DNA from: Phoronis australis
Taxonomy: Eukaryota > Animalia > Phoronida
Reading direction: 5' to 3'
Assembly: GCA_002633005.1 (NCBI GenBank)
Contig: NMRA01000171.1
Span: forward strand, 186,001 to 250,000
Length of the DNA: 64,000 nt
Notes under the pieces: model-generated
Told to the model about the DNA's origin: nothing
Databases searched by the model: none
The model's input: only the letters and a program-made list of their open reading frames with translations
Made by a program: the position numbers and the translations under genes
Shown here: positions 1-12,905 of the stretch, piece by piece
How the letters are laid out: every line of letters starts with the position of its first letter
Position numbering within the stretch: the first letter of the stretch is position 1

Positions 1-419
1 AACTAATACGCAGTTGATATTGTTTTGTGGTGCACTAATGGTTCGTGTTTTGAATAAAAAGTGAGTGATTTACCACCAACATTCAGAAATTCTACTACAT
101 AACCCCCTAAAAGCGTTTTGAATCAAGGTTTTTGCAACATCATATGTCATCTACACGCATTGTTAGAGTCAGAGAATGAAACTTTGCCTAAATAAATGAA
201 AAAAGCATAGTTATTTTAACAAATCAAATAAAAGCATTGCCAGATGACTCGCTAGATATACATTATGACACATCAATATGTACAAAAACGGACCACATTA
301 AAATGCCCGAGTTGGACAGGGCAGCAAGTAAAAACTATTCAGTCAGTCTGATATTTTCAACCTTTTGCACCTGAGATTTTACCTTCTAAATACTTCATAA
401 CATGTGAAAATACCAGCGT

Positions 420-516
420 CAAATTATGAACGTAAAATTACGATCGAAAAATATGAGCGTAAAATTCCGAACGTGAAACCCCTACGAGCGAAAAAATAGC
501 ATAAAATTATGACCGT
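420..516. repeat. Degenerate ~14-bp minisatellite (aaaattatgaNcgt)
   Basis: About 7 imperfect units. Confidence 0.5.
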
Positions 517-1418
517 ACAACTGCTTCACAGCTCACGTGACCAAGAAACCAATTTCTCATTGGATATAACAAAGTGGAAATCGTAAATGTCTGAACTTTT
601 CCAGATGAGAAGGGTTTGCCAAATATTTGATTGATCAATATTCAATGTAGGATTGCTCAGTCAAAAGTTTCATAACAAATATTTCTGAAATCTAATCTCT
701 TCAGACGGTTCTGGCCTGTTGAATCGATGTTATTTTAGTTTTATAACTTGTTTCTGGAATCGTTCTTTAAGTAAAAGGCAAATTGTTATTCAGCGACTAG
801 GTTGGTACTGAAAATCTACTGGCGTCTCTGCCGACGACGGCGCCAACTTATCAGCAGTGAAAAGCGAGCGAACGCTGCTCGGACCGTTTTCGTAATATGC
901 TCAAGGCGCCACCACTTCAACAGGTTTGAAGAGCTGCTATGTTTATTTATTCCAATTCGAAATCGACAAAAAAGATCCAAAATACATTGCATAGTATCTG
1001 AAACATGTCAAATTGAGCAAAACAAGCCTTCAGAAGTTGGGCATATTACATTTGACAACCCCCTCCCCCCTCCTCCAACAAAAAGTCCTAGTTTAGTACC
1101 TAACCAGCAAGGCTCGTCTCCTAAAAACTGAAAACTAGCAAGGGTGACAGCTGTTCGACCTGGTGAGGCCCAACATCACCAGTACTGTTCAGTAGCAGCA
1201 CCAACATTCTAAATTATGTCTACGTATTTCAGAGAACAGCACAACAAAAGTGTAATTGGTTCCGGAGGCTATCTCGTGATATTTTCACACCTCCCACAAG
1301 TGCATTTGCGAGAAATGAAGCAAAACCACATTGCAGAATGGTTATTAATGTATCGAGCATTGACGAGCAGTCGGAGTCATGTGCAGAATGCGAGGAGGCG
1401 AAATAGTTGTCAGATTGG

Positions 1419-1425
1419 TATATAA
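1419..1425 (+). promoter_or_regulatory. TATA box of peptide precursor gene copy 1
   Basis: TATATAA about 60 nt upstream of the ATG at 1481; the paralog has TATTTAA at the equivalent position (15232-15238). Confidence 0.6.
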
Positions 1426-1480
1426 GGATAGTTTCTCAAGTGAGTAGCCAAGTACATTCTTTGCTACTGAAGAAACCGTA

Positions 1481-1543
1481 ATGGAGTTCAACTGTTTCCA
1501 AATATTTGCACTGCTGTCTGTTGTAGCTGTCTATGTAACAACG
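1481..1543 (+). CDS. Secreted prepropeptide copy 1, exon 1 (signal peptide MEFNCFQIFALLSVVAVYVTT)
   Basis: ATG at 1481, 21 codons with a hydrophobic core, then a consensus donor ACG|GTAAGT in phase 0; conserved in the paralog. Confidence 0.8.
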
Positions 1544-1660
1544 GTAAGTATTGTTGATGAAGGTGTCGGTTATTATAGAGCTTGAAACGTGTTACACTAT
1601 TCATACTTATGAAATATTTCGTGTTTCCAGATAGCGGGTTTTTGATTTTGGTCAAGCCTA

Positions 1661-1803
1661 TGCATGGGCGGCGCAGCACTGAAAAAAGTGGGGCTATAGC
1701 TCACCAGCCCCTCAGTGGTGAACCACCGATAGACCACAGACGGCGCAGCACTGAAGAAAGTGGGGCTATAGTCCCCCAGCCCCCTATGATGCGTCGCCCA
1801 TGC
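1661..1803. mobile_element. Small MITE in the intron of peptide gene copy 1
   Basis: Inverted ends gcatgggcggcgca / tgcgtcgcccatgc; absent from the paralogous site in copy 2; a shorter relative lies at about 11185-11253. Confidence 0.7.
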
Positions 1804-3919
1804 TAGTCCACTGATATGTCACAATGTCCTTCAGCGTGAGAGGTATGTGGCAGTCTGAAAGATAACACTGCCTCAGTTTTCACCAATATTATAATAACAC
1901 GTGATTGGTTTCATTAATAGAAATAAATCACTGAAACAGGAATATTTCATAAAATACAGCCCCGCATGCATTTTATTTATTTATTTATTTTTTATTGCCA
2001 GACTCGGTGCCTTTTAATTTAGTCGTGGGTTTTGTTGGTAAGCCTGCTAAACCACCAAAATTCAAAGAAAAAATAGTATGTCAAACTGAAGAAGCGTCAT
2101 TTCGGAGCGCGATTCGACTAGATTAGTCAGCTGCGACAAAGTTTGTCTTAGAATGCTCAATAAAAATAAAATGGAAAGGCGCCACAAAAATTGTTCGCAG
2201 AAAGGATATGCAATTTGATTGCATTTCAAAGTTGCATAGAACGTGAAAAACTGACTAAATTGCATTAATCAAAATGGTTCTCTGCCACCGAAACAGAATT
2301 CAATTTGTTCAGCAGGTACTCCTACGATTTGTTCCTAAGATCAAAAAAATTGAGCTTTGCGGCGCATCGTTTTCCGTTTTAACCTAGCGTGCACTAATCG
2401 TAGTTTTCTCATTCATTTTGCTGTACATATGTAAACAGTACCGATTCTCCTGCGTTCTCCACTAGAATAAAAATATACAATTTCATTATTCAGAGTATGA
2501 GTTATAATACGTAGTAAATGAATCTGTTCCCCAGATTAACATTGCCTCATGAGTTCTGCTTTAACGAAAAACTTGAAGCATTTTAAAACTAATGCATACA
2601 CTCATGATGCGACTCAAGTAACTAGTGTAGTGTAGAGCAACGGAATTTGTGAAACAGAATCGAACACATGAGTTAATCGTGTTGTCAGTGTTTGTACATC
2701 GCCTAGCACACTTTCGGAAGCCAAAAGTTGGATATTTAAACTTAGGTAAAAATATAGTGTAAATTATACTTTACTCTTATTTATATTGTTGTTGTGTTTT
2801 ATCTTGTTTCCATTCCAACGTCAGTTTGAAACGATTAACGTGACAAGAACTTATACACCTATAAGCTCCAGATCAGTCATAATTATGGATCATCGAATGA
2901 AACTAAAAAGGTCTAGTCACCCATTCGTGACGTGCAGGTGGCGCAGTGGTTGAATGGTGGCTCGCGGCCGGACTGGAAATCCCGGAATTGAATCGCTCCA
3001 CAGCCGTTACCCTGGAAGCGGTCGTTATGAAGGTATGAGCGGACAATATGAAAAACAACACGTGGACAGATTATGTACATATATCTTCAATGAAGCATAG
3101 CTACTAGAATTCAGGTGACTTTGGCGAAGAATTCCAACTTCACTTTTTGGTTATTGTTAACTTATTCACCGTGTGCGCGATAACAAAAAGTATTTCAACT
3201 GAGTCAAGTGAGTATGAGACAAAGGCTAACGCGAGACTGAGCGAAGCGCGTGACCTGGTGCGTGACACTTGCAAAATAGCATGGGAAGATATCAATTGAA
3301 ATTTGTAAGATTTGTGTCCCTTGGACTTTTTGTTCGTCAACAGGCGTGATTTCACGTAACTTCCTTAAAATGGCCCCCGGTTAGAGAAACTCGAGCGAAA
3401 CGCGAGGTTTTCATGGAGATGTTTAAGTTATTTGTTGACTAAATTGTATCCAGAGTCATGGTATATGTTAATTAAGAATTATGTGATTTACATTGATTAC
3501 ATTGATCAGGTACAAATGTCTCGTTTGAATACGTGTATTTATTTAACCCAGATACAATGCCTCTTGGCGCTTTCTAGGCAATGTATATTCATTGTACTGA
3601 AGATTTCGTAATAAACATTAAAAAATACATGTTAGGCATTGCTGTGCATTTATGCAGCTGTTGATCGCCGGATGTTTGTCTAAATTAAAATTGACGAAGA
3701 CCTGCGATATTGATTGATCGCGGTTAATGTTCTTTGAACCAATTCAACGTTCGTTGTTTATGGTTTGTATTTATATAATGTTCAGGAAACATTCAGAGCA
3801 ACGAATTTCTCCATTTTACATGGATATATTTTTATCAAATAATGGGTTTTGCATAAGCAAACAACAAATTTTTGTTGGAAAAATTGGAACAATAAAAATC
3901 ATATATTGCAGAATATTCA

Positions 3920-4320
3920 AGTTTTCAAAAGTTGAAAACGTAAATTTTGATCACATAGAAACCTTATAGTTTTTAGAAAACTTAAGTTTTGCGAAGAACT
4001 TAAGAAGCTAGCAAAACTTGAGTTTTTATAATTCAAAAAAAAACTTAAGTTTGAATAAGTTAAGTTTTTATAAAAACTTAAACTATTGCTTGAAACCTAA
4101 GGTTTATTTGTGAAAACGTAAATTTTATACTTGAAGAAACTTAAGTTTTCTGAAAAAAATTAAGATCTCTGAAAAACTTAAGATGGTGCTGAAAAATTTA
4201 GTTTTTCACGAAAAACTCGAATTAGAGTTTTTCCTTAAAACTTAAGTTATTTTGCAAAAAAATTAAGTTTCTTCGCCAAAACAATTAAGTTTTCATCGAA
4301 AAACGTATTAAGTTCATTTT
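3920..4320. repeat. Minisatellite of palindromic AAAACTTAAGTTTT units
   Basis: Many degenerate units; paralogous array at about 17880-18295. Confidence 0.8.
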
Positions 4321-4963
4321 TGTCAGGGTACCGTTGTTATATACATGTGCAAGGAATGTCAAAAATACTCACGCTTTAGTACAGCATCAGCAGTATAAAT
4401 TGAGTGACCGTAGATCTCGGACCACCAACCGGCCGAGCGTAGATGGAACTCTTCTCCTGGGCCTACCGTATGGTTACATTCATAGACATCATGAAACCTA
4501 TGGTTACATCAAATGTGAAAGTAGGCGAGTGAGCCGTTGCGTGTCCCTTTACGTACAAGAATAGCAAACGACTCAGTTTTGGAGGATGAAATTTTAGTGT
4601 GTTACTGATACGGGAAACTCAAAAACGTCAAGTGTAGACAGCAAGTATTCTAACCAAGTTAAAAGACAATTCATCGTTTTTGTTTAATTTTTTTTTTAAA
4701 TCATGAAAATTAAAATATGGTTTTAGTCACCCCTTTGTAAACTTAAATCAGTATTGTTGTTCATAAGTCAATAAGCAATGCAGTCGTGATTTGAAGTGTG
4801 GGTATGCTTTTAGGACATCCTGTGTATTGCTGTGAACTCACTTCAGACGTAACGTATCATGAAAGCCTACGATGTGGAGTAAGAAATTTGTTGCAGCAGA
4901 TTTTGCGCGAGAAAGAATGGTAGGCCTAAGTAAGAAATGTAAATCACACTTTTGTTTTTGAAG

Positions 4964-5188
4964 GCAAGTGGAGCAAGCATCAATCGGGAAACAAGGAATG
5001 GTGATGAAGTCAAAGTGGACGCAAAGCTTTTAAAGGCAGTAATGTCTCTGAATGGTAACTCTGGTGCAGATGACATTCCCGAAAGTCCAATGGAAAAGGC
5101 TGCAGATCCTCTTGCTGAGGCCACAAAAAGAGGACCCCAAGACGCCATACCAATTGCATGTTATTTTCACCGTTTGGATTGCAAGTAA
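4964..5188 (+). CDS. Secreted prepropeptide copy 1, exon 2 (pro-region, KR, mature GPQDAIPIACYFHRLDCK); allatostatin-C/somatostatin-like; 95 aa precursor
   Basis: Pyrimidine tract and AG (cacttttgtttttgaag|GCA), phase 0 matching exon 1; acidic pro-region, dibasic KR, two Cys six residues apart, stop; AATAAA at 5398-5403. Confidence 0.8.
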   Translation, partial: ASGASINRETRNGDEVKVDAKLLKAVMSLNGNSGADDIPESPMEKAADPLAEATKRGPQDAIPIACYFHRLDCK

Positions 5189-7849
5189 CAACGATGCATA
5201 TTTCCACTGCACGTGTGATTGGTTTCTTTATCCGTTTGACCCGCTCATAACATGAAGTCGAGTAACTTAGCTACGAAGACTGGTTTCCTCTCCACATTAA
5301 TTGTTTTTTACTACTAATTTCACCTTTATATCGGTCTTGTAACGGCAACACTTTTATAAGCTCACTCTCAGCGTATAGTGTACTGGTGTTACTTCATAAT
5401 AAATGCGCAGTACTTATGCAAATCATATCCTACATAGTATGTACTTGTCTTCGTATTACTCTGCTTTTCACATACTTTGAAGAATTCATTACGTCCAGAA
5501 TAGATACAAGCAAACGGTATGATGCTCACGCGTGTGGTTTAAACTACTGCGCTGCACAGGCTTGACCGACGTCATACTGAATATTTTCATTTTTGTTTTG
5601 TGAGTTTTGCTGAATTTATTGCACAAAGGGGGGAGTGGTAAATAGACACGAACCATCACCCGGAGGGTCTAGAAACGCGAAAGAACAGCCTCGTCATGTA
5701 ATGATGTACAATTATCGATTTTCACACTCAAGTTAACATGTTGGTTTTCAGGCCGAAAAATGAGGTAAAGACTGAGACGTGACCGGTAAGACCGTTAAAT
5801 ACTTACAACTGCCTCGGTCATTATCACTTTGGGGTCTCAAAACCAACACATTGACCGGAGAAAGAAAGATGATAATTGTTATGATTACATCCGCTAAGTA
5901 AGTCATGGAACGAGGTTAATTTATTTAAAAATAAATTCGTGGAATAAAAAATTTCTGAAAATGAAAAACAGGATGCCGGAATTCGATCATAACTTTCCTT
6001 GGGTGAGATGTTTATTTTTGTTATTGGGGAGTTATTAAAGTGTATCGAAGAACAGCGTAAAAACTTGATGAGATGTCTCTTTTAAACATTAATTTTCATT
6101 TCATAAGAAACGCCGACTTTAGAACAGATTCAAGAAAAGCGGGAACGGGCATTTTTTGAGGCCTAGTTTATAAGTAGCGTTGTTATGAAGTCGAACCTTC
6201 CTTGTTATTGAGTTAATGATTTATCTTCGTTGTCTGAATGAATAAACCGTGTCTGCCTTAAACGAAACAGTGAAACACTTTATTCAATGGATGGAATTCA
6301 GATTTTCCACTATTCACAAATAACTGACTAGAACACAAAGCAAAGCAAACAAATGAAAGGTTACCGTTTGTTTCATCACTCACTGAACTGCAATATCCTG
6401 AACAACTAGAATGACCGACCTGACAAATAACAAAAGCACCGTGGAGCGTTGATATTCGTTACAAAAATAATAAATATGACACTAAGTGGCGTAACGAAGG
6501 CAACTCCGTCTGAAATGAGGTAGGAGATGTCTCCCGAGCAGTTAACTTATCTGCCACCTACTGAAGAACTTGGTAGATATTAAAGAGGCCAGGAACGCGA
6601 GAAACAGACTAAATTGCATTATTTAGAATGGTTCTCTGCTACTGAAATAGAATTCAACCTGATCACCAGGTATTTTTACGGTTGTTTGTTAAAAATTTTG
6701 AATTTCTGGTGATGTCAAAGCATTTGTTTTAGTTTCAAATTTCAAAAAAGATCTGTCAACTGCTCGTCACTTCTTCGACTCTCCTTATTTGGTATAGCAA
6801 GACATAAACGTAACACATTTCCCTTGTATGGAAAGTGTGACATTTGACCTTTGATGTAAACAAAACAATGGCGACTTCTAGCAGCAATTGATGTAAGTTC
6901 TAATTGATTGAATTAGTTATAAAAGTATCATAGTATTCAAATACATTCTAAAATGCACTTGGAATTTAATATCTATCTTGTGAGTTGGCTATTTTTCGAA
7001 TGAATGTAATCGCATAGGCGCATTTATCTAGGTGGTAGGGAAATTGGAAACTCGGTGGTGACTAGAATTTTTCATTCGGCTGTATTTCAAAAATCGTGAA
7101 ATGTGGGTTTTTTCTGGATATTCCGCAAGGAAAGTGAATAAATCATGTCTTTATTAGACGTTGCGAGATGGTACTTTCGCCAGAAATTGTTTAAAAGATA
7201 TTTTTGGTGAACTTTCGCGTTCCATGCCTCATTAAGTAAACGCAAAATAAAACTGCTATTATAGAGGATCCCACAGTAGTCAGATATGTTTCAAAACCCA
7301 CGTCATATTACTCTCCTCACAAGAAGCTCTACCAAATCTCAAGAAGATCCATCAAAGAACTTGGCAGATATTGAGCCACACGCAAAAAAATGCCACTAGG
7401 GGCCACAGTTAGTGGTCGAAGCCGTATGAAAACCATAGTCAACCGTACGTGTTGTTCTCACTAGAAGCAAATGCCGATGTTTTGACCAAATCTTCGATCT
7501 GTTTGGCGTGTAAAACACCGTAGGAAACAGAATCAAAGTGTGCAAAAATGTTGGGAAATAATTATTGACTATAGGGTCTACTTCAATCATTGTAGCAGCA
7601 AAAAACATGTGTTCCGTTGAAGAAACTAACTTGTGAATTAGCCCACTAACACATACCACACGTGTCAACTTGTCTCTTATTCAGCCGTTCGTTTTTGCTC
7701 GAGACCCGTGGCAATTCAAGCTGTAGAGCTTTGACGCAAGAAGTACGGTAAATAAGCTAAATTGGTGTTTGTGACAGAAGGCGGGCTCATAACCACACTC
7801 GTTCGATACAATATTCGTCATTTTCCGTGCAAACGTTATTAAGTATGTA

Positions 7850-7912
7850 CTGTTATTAATATTAATATTACTATTGCTATTATCATTATTACTATTATTA
7901 TTACTATTATAC
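7850..7912. repeat. (TAT)n-like microsatellite
   Basis: Imperfect attatt/actatt run. Confidence 0.8.
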
Positions 7913-9736
7913 ATTGTAGTGACCTACACGAAAACGTCACCCGGAAATTGACGAACATCGTGTCGAACGATTTTGTTTATGATCGACACAAGTCCCCAAT
8001 AAACATAAACGATACATGCGTCGCAAGCTGTAACATGTTCGTTGAAGCTCGCTTCCCAATAACCGTGATTTTGTTTCCTGAAATGAAAATAAATTCGTTT
8101 ATGAAACTAAAATTATGCTTGATGTACATATAGTGCCCATGGCAATTTAATGGAAATATGCTATGCTGTTGTTCAGTTTTAATACATAAGTAACTCAGTA
8201 ATGGCGCAAAATGTGATTAATTCATTGCACCACACTTATTTTGTAACCTTTTTCACGTTTTATAAGTAAAAATTTCATTACTGTTCGACACACCACGATG
8301 CGTTCCCTATCGCATAAACAAACACAAATTTGCGTTCCCGATCGCTTATCGTTGCGTTCGATCGCATCTTTCAACAGAAAAGCGTCGAAAAATCAGAAAT
8401 CCTGACAAAACTACAAAAAGCAAGCGTTGTGTTATATTTTCATACATCATTTCTTCATAACTCCATGGTTAAACCTCTACCTGCCCTTCCTCAATGTGTT
8501 ACGCCTTGAACTCATGTCTCTGTTTTCACATTGGAAGTAAATCAAGGAAAGTTCATCAAATTTACTCACCTTGCCTGGCTTCGCTTCTCTCGCCGAATTT
8601 CGTTCTCGATCGCCTTCCGGGCGTTCTCGATCACGGGTTAGCCGGGGTGGAATGGTAAATAATTGACACAGTGAGCAGCATTTATTGATGCTCATCAATC
8701 TGGTTACTTATAATAACATGGTCATGACAAGTGTAATTTATAAACCTCTAAACTCAACATCATTTAAACTTATGGTTTATCTACGTAAACAGAGGAATTG
8801 GTCACATTGGAGTTCAGTTTGTTTGCTTGAAGCGAACACATTGAACAGTATGGCTGTTACACAAAAGTTTTGAATTTGGGCCATTGCCTGAGGTCGAGAC
8901 TGAATCTCCTGCCCTCTTTTTATACAGTAGATTTCTTCTAAATTGATAGTGAGAACTTTAGAAAAATTAACCTCCAAATAACTCTGACTTTGATGAAATA
9001 TCTCAGTCTCACTGGATCCAACTTAGCGAGTTTTACTGTAATTCAATGAGATATCAACTAACACGACACAGCAACCACTGAATCTCAACCCAAAAGCTCC
9101 AGTAGTGCAATAGCTTTAGATGTCTATGACATAGTATAAAAACGCAAAAAGTATGCACATGAGTAGGAATAGGGAAATCTGGAGGGAGTGCTTGTATCAC
9201 TCACTCAAAAATTCCCAAGAAATTTCGAATTCTGTGCAAGTGATTATTCTGTGTACAATTTGGATGATATTGTCGCACGAAAAGACTGACGACCCAAATA
9301 GGTACCTTTTCACCCCCACTTAAGAAAGTCTTACAATACCGATCCACTGTATGGGACAGCAACAGCTTAGTGCAAATCAAATATACCTAAAAAGCTATGC
9401 CAGGGCACAGTATTAGCCAGGATTTTGCCCGTCAGACATTCACACCTTGAGCTGTCAAATGGAATATAACAGACGTAAACATGAAAACAATATCTTTTAA
9501 GTTTTGTTATTTTCTCAGTTATTTTGTTGATGAAATGTGATCTAGTAACAAAATGAATGAAATGTGAAGGTCTGTGACCTTTAAAATCAAATTAGATCTT
9601 TCAGATCTGTACTTTTGAACATTAGCTTTTCCTTTGTCTTTTTGTAACAAGGCTGATAAAAACAACGGAAATCTGTTACCTCTGAACACAACATCTGTAC
9701 GAAACAAAAACATATTAGGCAAGAAGCATAGAACTA

Positions 9737-9922
<186 letters not shown>

Positions 9923-12175
9923 TCACATACTATGTCAACTAGATTTTTCTAATTATCGGTAAGTAAATACACAAGACGGTCACCAATCCATCTGCATTGG
10001 ACACTTTAGCTAGCAAGCTCGATGTGTATGGTGACAGCACATGAACAATGCGGGTAAAAAGTTGGCCAAATTAAGCCAAGATGCTCACTTTTGCAGATTG
10101 CCACACTTCTATTTTGTGGTTGTCTCGCAACAAAACTCAAAACATAGCACACCCAACCAAGCGTAAGTTTTTGTAACCAATATTGACTGACACTACCTTT
10201 TTCAGAATAGCCATTAAAAAGAAACTGATGAATGTCAATCTGAACAATGCCACTCTCCCAGATTTTGTAACAATGAAAAGTCAGACGACCGGGTTTCAAA
10301 ATAGTATGCACGTGACACGCACAGGTGCTACTTGCTTGATTTTTGGTTTTGATGAAGTGGCATTTTGAGAGACAGTGACACACTGTTTCAAAACAAAATT
10401 TTCTCACTGAGAAGTGGTAATAAAATATTAAAAACAAAGTGCAACCACCACTGGCAATTTGTTGTCAACTACTAGCAAACGTGAGAAAAATGTGGATTCG
10501 GAAAATCAGCAAAAACAGAAATTGGCCAACCGAAGGCACTCCTTTTATGCCACCAAAAGTAGACGCGTATAATCACTCTTGGTGGCGGCACATCCTAAGG
10601 TATCATGCACGCCAAAAGATTTTCTGTAAGTAACCCTAGCTAAAACACTCATGAGGAACCCAGTTCAGGTAAAAAAGATAATATCCAATTTGAGTGTTCT
10701 ACGGGTAGCCTTGCTAAAGACTCAACATTGGTATCCTCACCTTTCCAGAGTCACGAATTCACAAAAAAATTGAAAATCCATCGTTGAATGGAAAAGGAGG
10801 CTTGAGATTCAACCTATCACACATCTGGGACAGGATTCTGACTAAAGTTTCCCCTTGTTTTTGCGAAAATTCTCCAATAGCAGAATCAGAGACCGTCGTT
10901 GGCAGAACAAAGTTGGCCAATTGTATGGAAAGTAAGAAATGGTTTTAAAAAGGCGCCACAAGTGTTATGAATGAAGACAGTCTTCTTGTTACGTCTGGTG
11001 AATTTTTGTGATTTTTTAACCTAGTTGTCTAGGTATCTTAATTTAGTATCATTTGTTCGATGCTTTTTGTCAGATTTTTAGATTAGTTAACGGGGCCTTC
11101 GCTAATCTGCTCCAATGGAAAATGAGGCTAAGACGGGAAAAACAACTGTAAGGCCAGTTGCTATTATAAAATCGGTTTCCTCTTCATGAGCGGCGTAGCA
11201 CTGAAATAAGTGGGGGCTATAGCCCCCCCAGCCCCCTATGGTGCGCCGCCCATGCTCTTGTTCTTTATTTGCAATAGAACTGATAAAACTTCGTGGTTAG
11301 TGTCCTCTCCTTGTTGGGGACACATCTGTCAAATTTCAATATCCAGCCAGTGACTTGGTAAATAAATGGAAACATAGAAATAATTTATGATCGACATATG
11401 TCCCGAGTAACTTACTTGCGTCACAAGCTCGCTGTCAGAGATGAAAAGGAGACCAAGGTTGTCGAAATAATAGACTTTAAAGAATAGTATGATATGTAAA
11501 AATAATAGTCTCTGGTAAGATGGGCAATAAAAAATCTTAAAGTGCCATGAAATGTTGAAGACAGCTCATGTTAAAAATATGTTTTAATTTTAAAAACAAA
11601 AAGTGAAAAGTCCAAAAACAACAAAGAGCGTGATAACAAAACCCTTCATGTACTAATTCTCTTATTAATTAACTAATTAGTCATATCAATTACTTTAGGG
11701 TGTAATAGTAACATCTAAAGGGAACCAGACAGGTAAACATTATATCTATGGCTAATTAGCCCAACTCGGGAATAGTTTCAATGATTCAAGGAAAGATAAT
11801 TTTAATTGTTCTAAAGATTGGTAGACAGAGAAAGATTTCAGAACATGGATTCCTCCCAATTGCTGTGAAGAATTGGACCTTTGGACTCTTAACTTTCGGG
11901 TGCCACAAAACATGCAACGTCCAGTTTTTTGTTTTTCTTTTTAGAAGAACGAGAAATTAGTGCTGTGCCGCGTTCGAAATCATAATATAGTACACGAAAA
12001 CGTCAATTTTACCGCGTCAAACTGCGGAATATTTTAATGGTGTAGCGGGGTGGCGGCGGGAAAATCTTCAAAAAAGTGAGACAGTCCATCGCTAGGGCGG
12101 CACAGTTGTCAACTAGTCTTCGCTATCGGTAACACGAAGTGTTGGATTGGACTCTTTTACAAGGTAAACTTTTCA

Positions 12176-12640
12176 TTTTTATGCGCCCACGTCGGCGAGT
12201 GCAGTATGCCGTCATTCGTGTCCGTCCGTCCTACGTCCGCTGCTCTATTCCGGTCTGTCAAAAACCCTTTGATGTATGTTCATGTTCCCGGCCTTTCATG
12301 GATGGGACGGCCTGAGCGAACTTTCGGACGGATTCAACTACCGGTGTGCGACCTAGTATCAATTTTAGATGTCTACGTTTACCTAGCTATCTTCAAAGGT
12401 CCTCAGCAGATTTTCATAAAATTTGGTAAGTAGTCATCTAGTAGCAAGGTGACGCTTCTCTCCCGTTTTCGAATGGACTGGAGGTATGGTATTTTGCACC
12501 TCCTAGTGGCCATTTTCACTGTTTAGGAATCTGTTTTTTGACGTCCGCCCCTCTATCATCCAAACCACTCCAAGGATGATTGTGAAAATTGGCATAAGGC
12601 TAACTCAGCCACGGATTTCTTCATCTTCTCCACGCAGAAG
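12176..12640 (+). mobile_element. Helentron-associated (HINE/DINE-like) element, 5' part
   Basis: TTTTT-ATGCGCCCAC terminus followed by a GTCC microsatellite; same terminus as 20192-21565 in the opposite orientation. Confidence 0.55.
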
Positions 12641-12659
12641 TAGTTGGGACTTGGCGTGC

Positions 12660-12905
12660 CACGGGGCTTGGAATTTTCCTGTTTTAAAATGATTTCTTTT
12701 TTGGTTTCTATTTCATCTTATTTGATTTCCAGTTTCCTCTTTTTTCCTCTTTTTGTTACTATTTTGACTTTATTCATGCAAACATGTTTATTTCAGTTAA
12801 ATTTTACTACAAAAATGTTTTTATCACACAAGCCTATTTATTTGTGGAACGATACGCCACCTGGAAATTTTTCCTCTTTTTTGTCGTTGGACATTCCAAG
12901 CCCTG
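12660..12905. mobile_element. ~245-bp MITE with CAGGGCTTGGAAT-type TIRs (hAT-like)
   Basis: ggggcttggaat ... attccaagccctg flanked by gtgccac direct repeats; relatives at 58733-58984 (full) and about 28003 and 28714 (partial). Confidence 0.7.

Larger units (their letters stand above)
645..5785 (+). repeat. Segmental duplication, copy 1 (promoter, exons, intron and 3' flank of the peptide gene)
   Basis: Collinear with about 13935-19845 (e.g. gattgctcag...atctaatctcttcagacgg at 651 and 13940), with many substitutions and copy-specific insertions. Confidence 0.9.

Noticed and set aside
802-1425. ORFs 802-1131 and 1216-1425 with apparent paralogs near 14.2 and 15.0 kb
   Set aside because: The similarity reflects duplicated promoter DNA; the longer frame is broken between copies and neither has a recognisable domain.
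2085-2135. CTGAAGA-containing hammerhead candidate (also near 25717 and 54480)
   Set aside because: The GAAA half or the CUGANGA box is mutated and the stems are not convincing.
2935-3005. tRNA gene (TGGCGCAGTGG A-box)
   Set aside because: No intact B box or cloverleaf, and the paralog at about 16597 is diverged; at most a decayed SINE head.
4952-5030. GASINRETRNG as an ankyrin repeat
   Set aside because: There is no TPLH helix motif; the segment is better explained as the start of a pro-region directly after a signal peptide.
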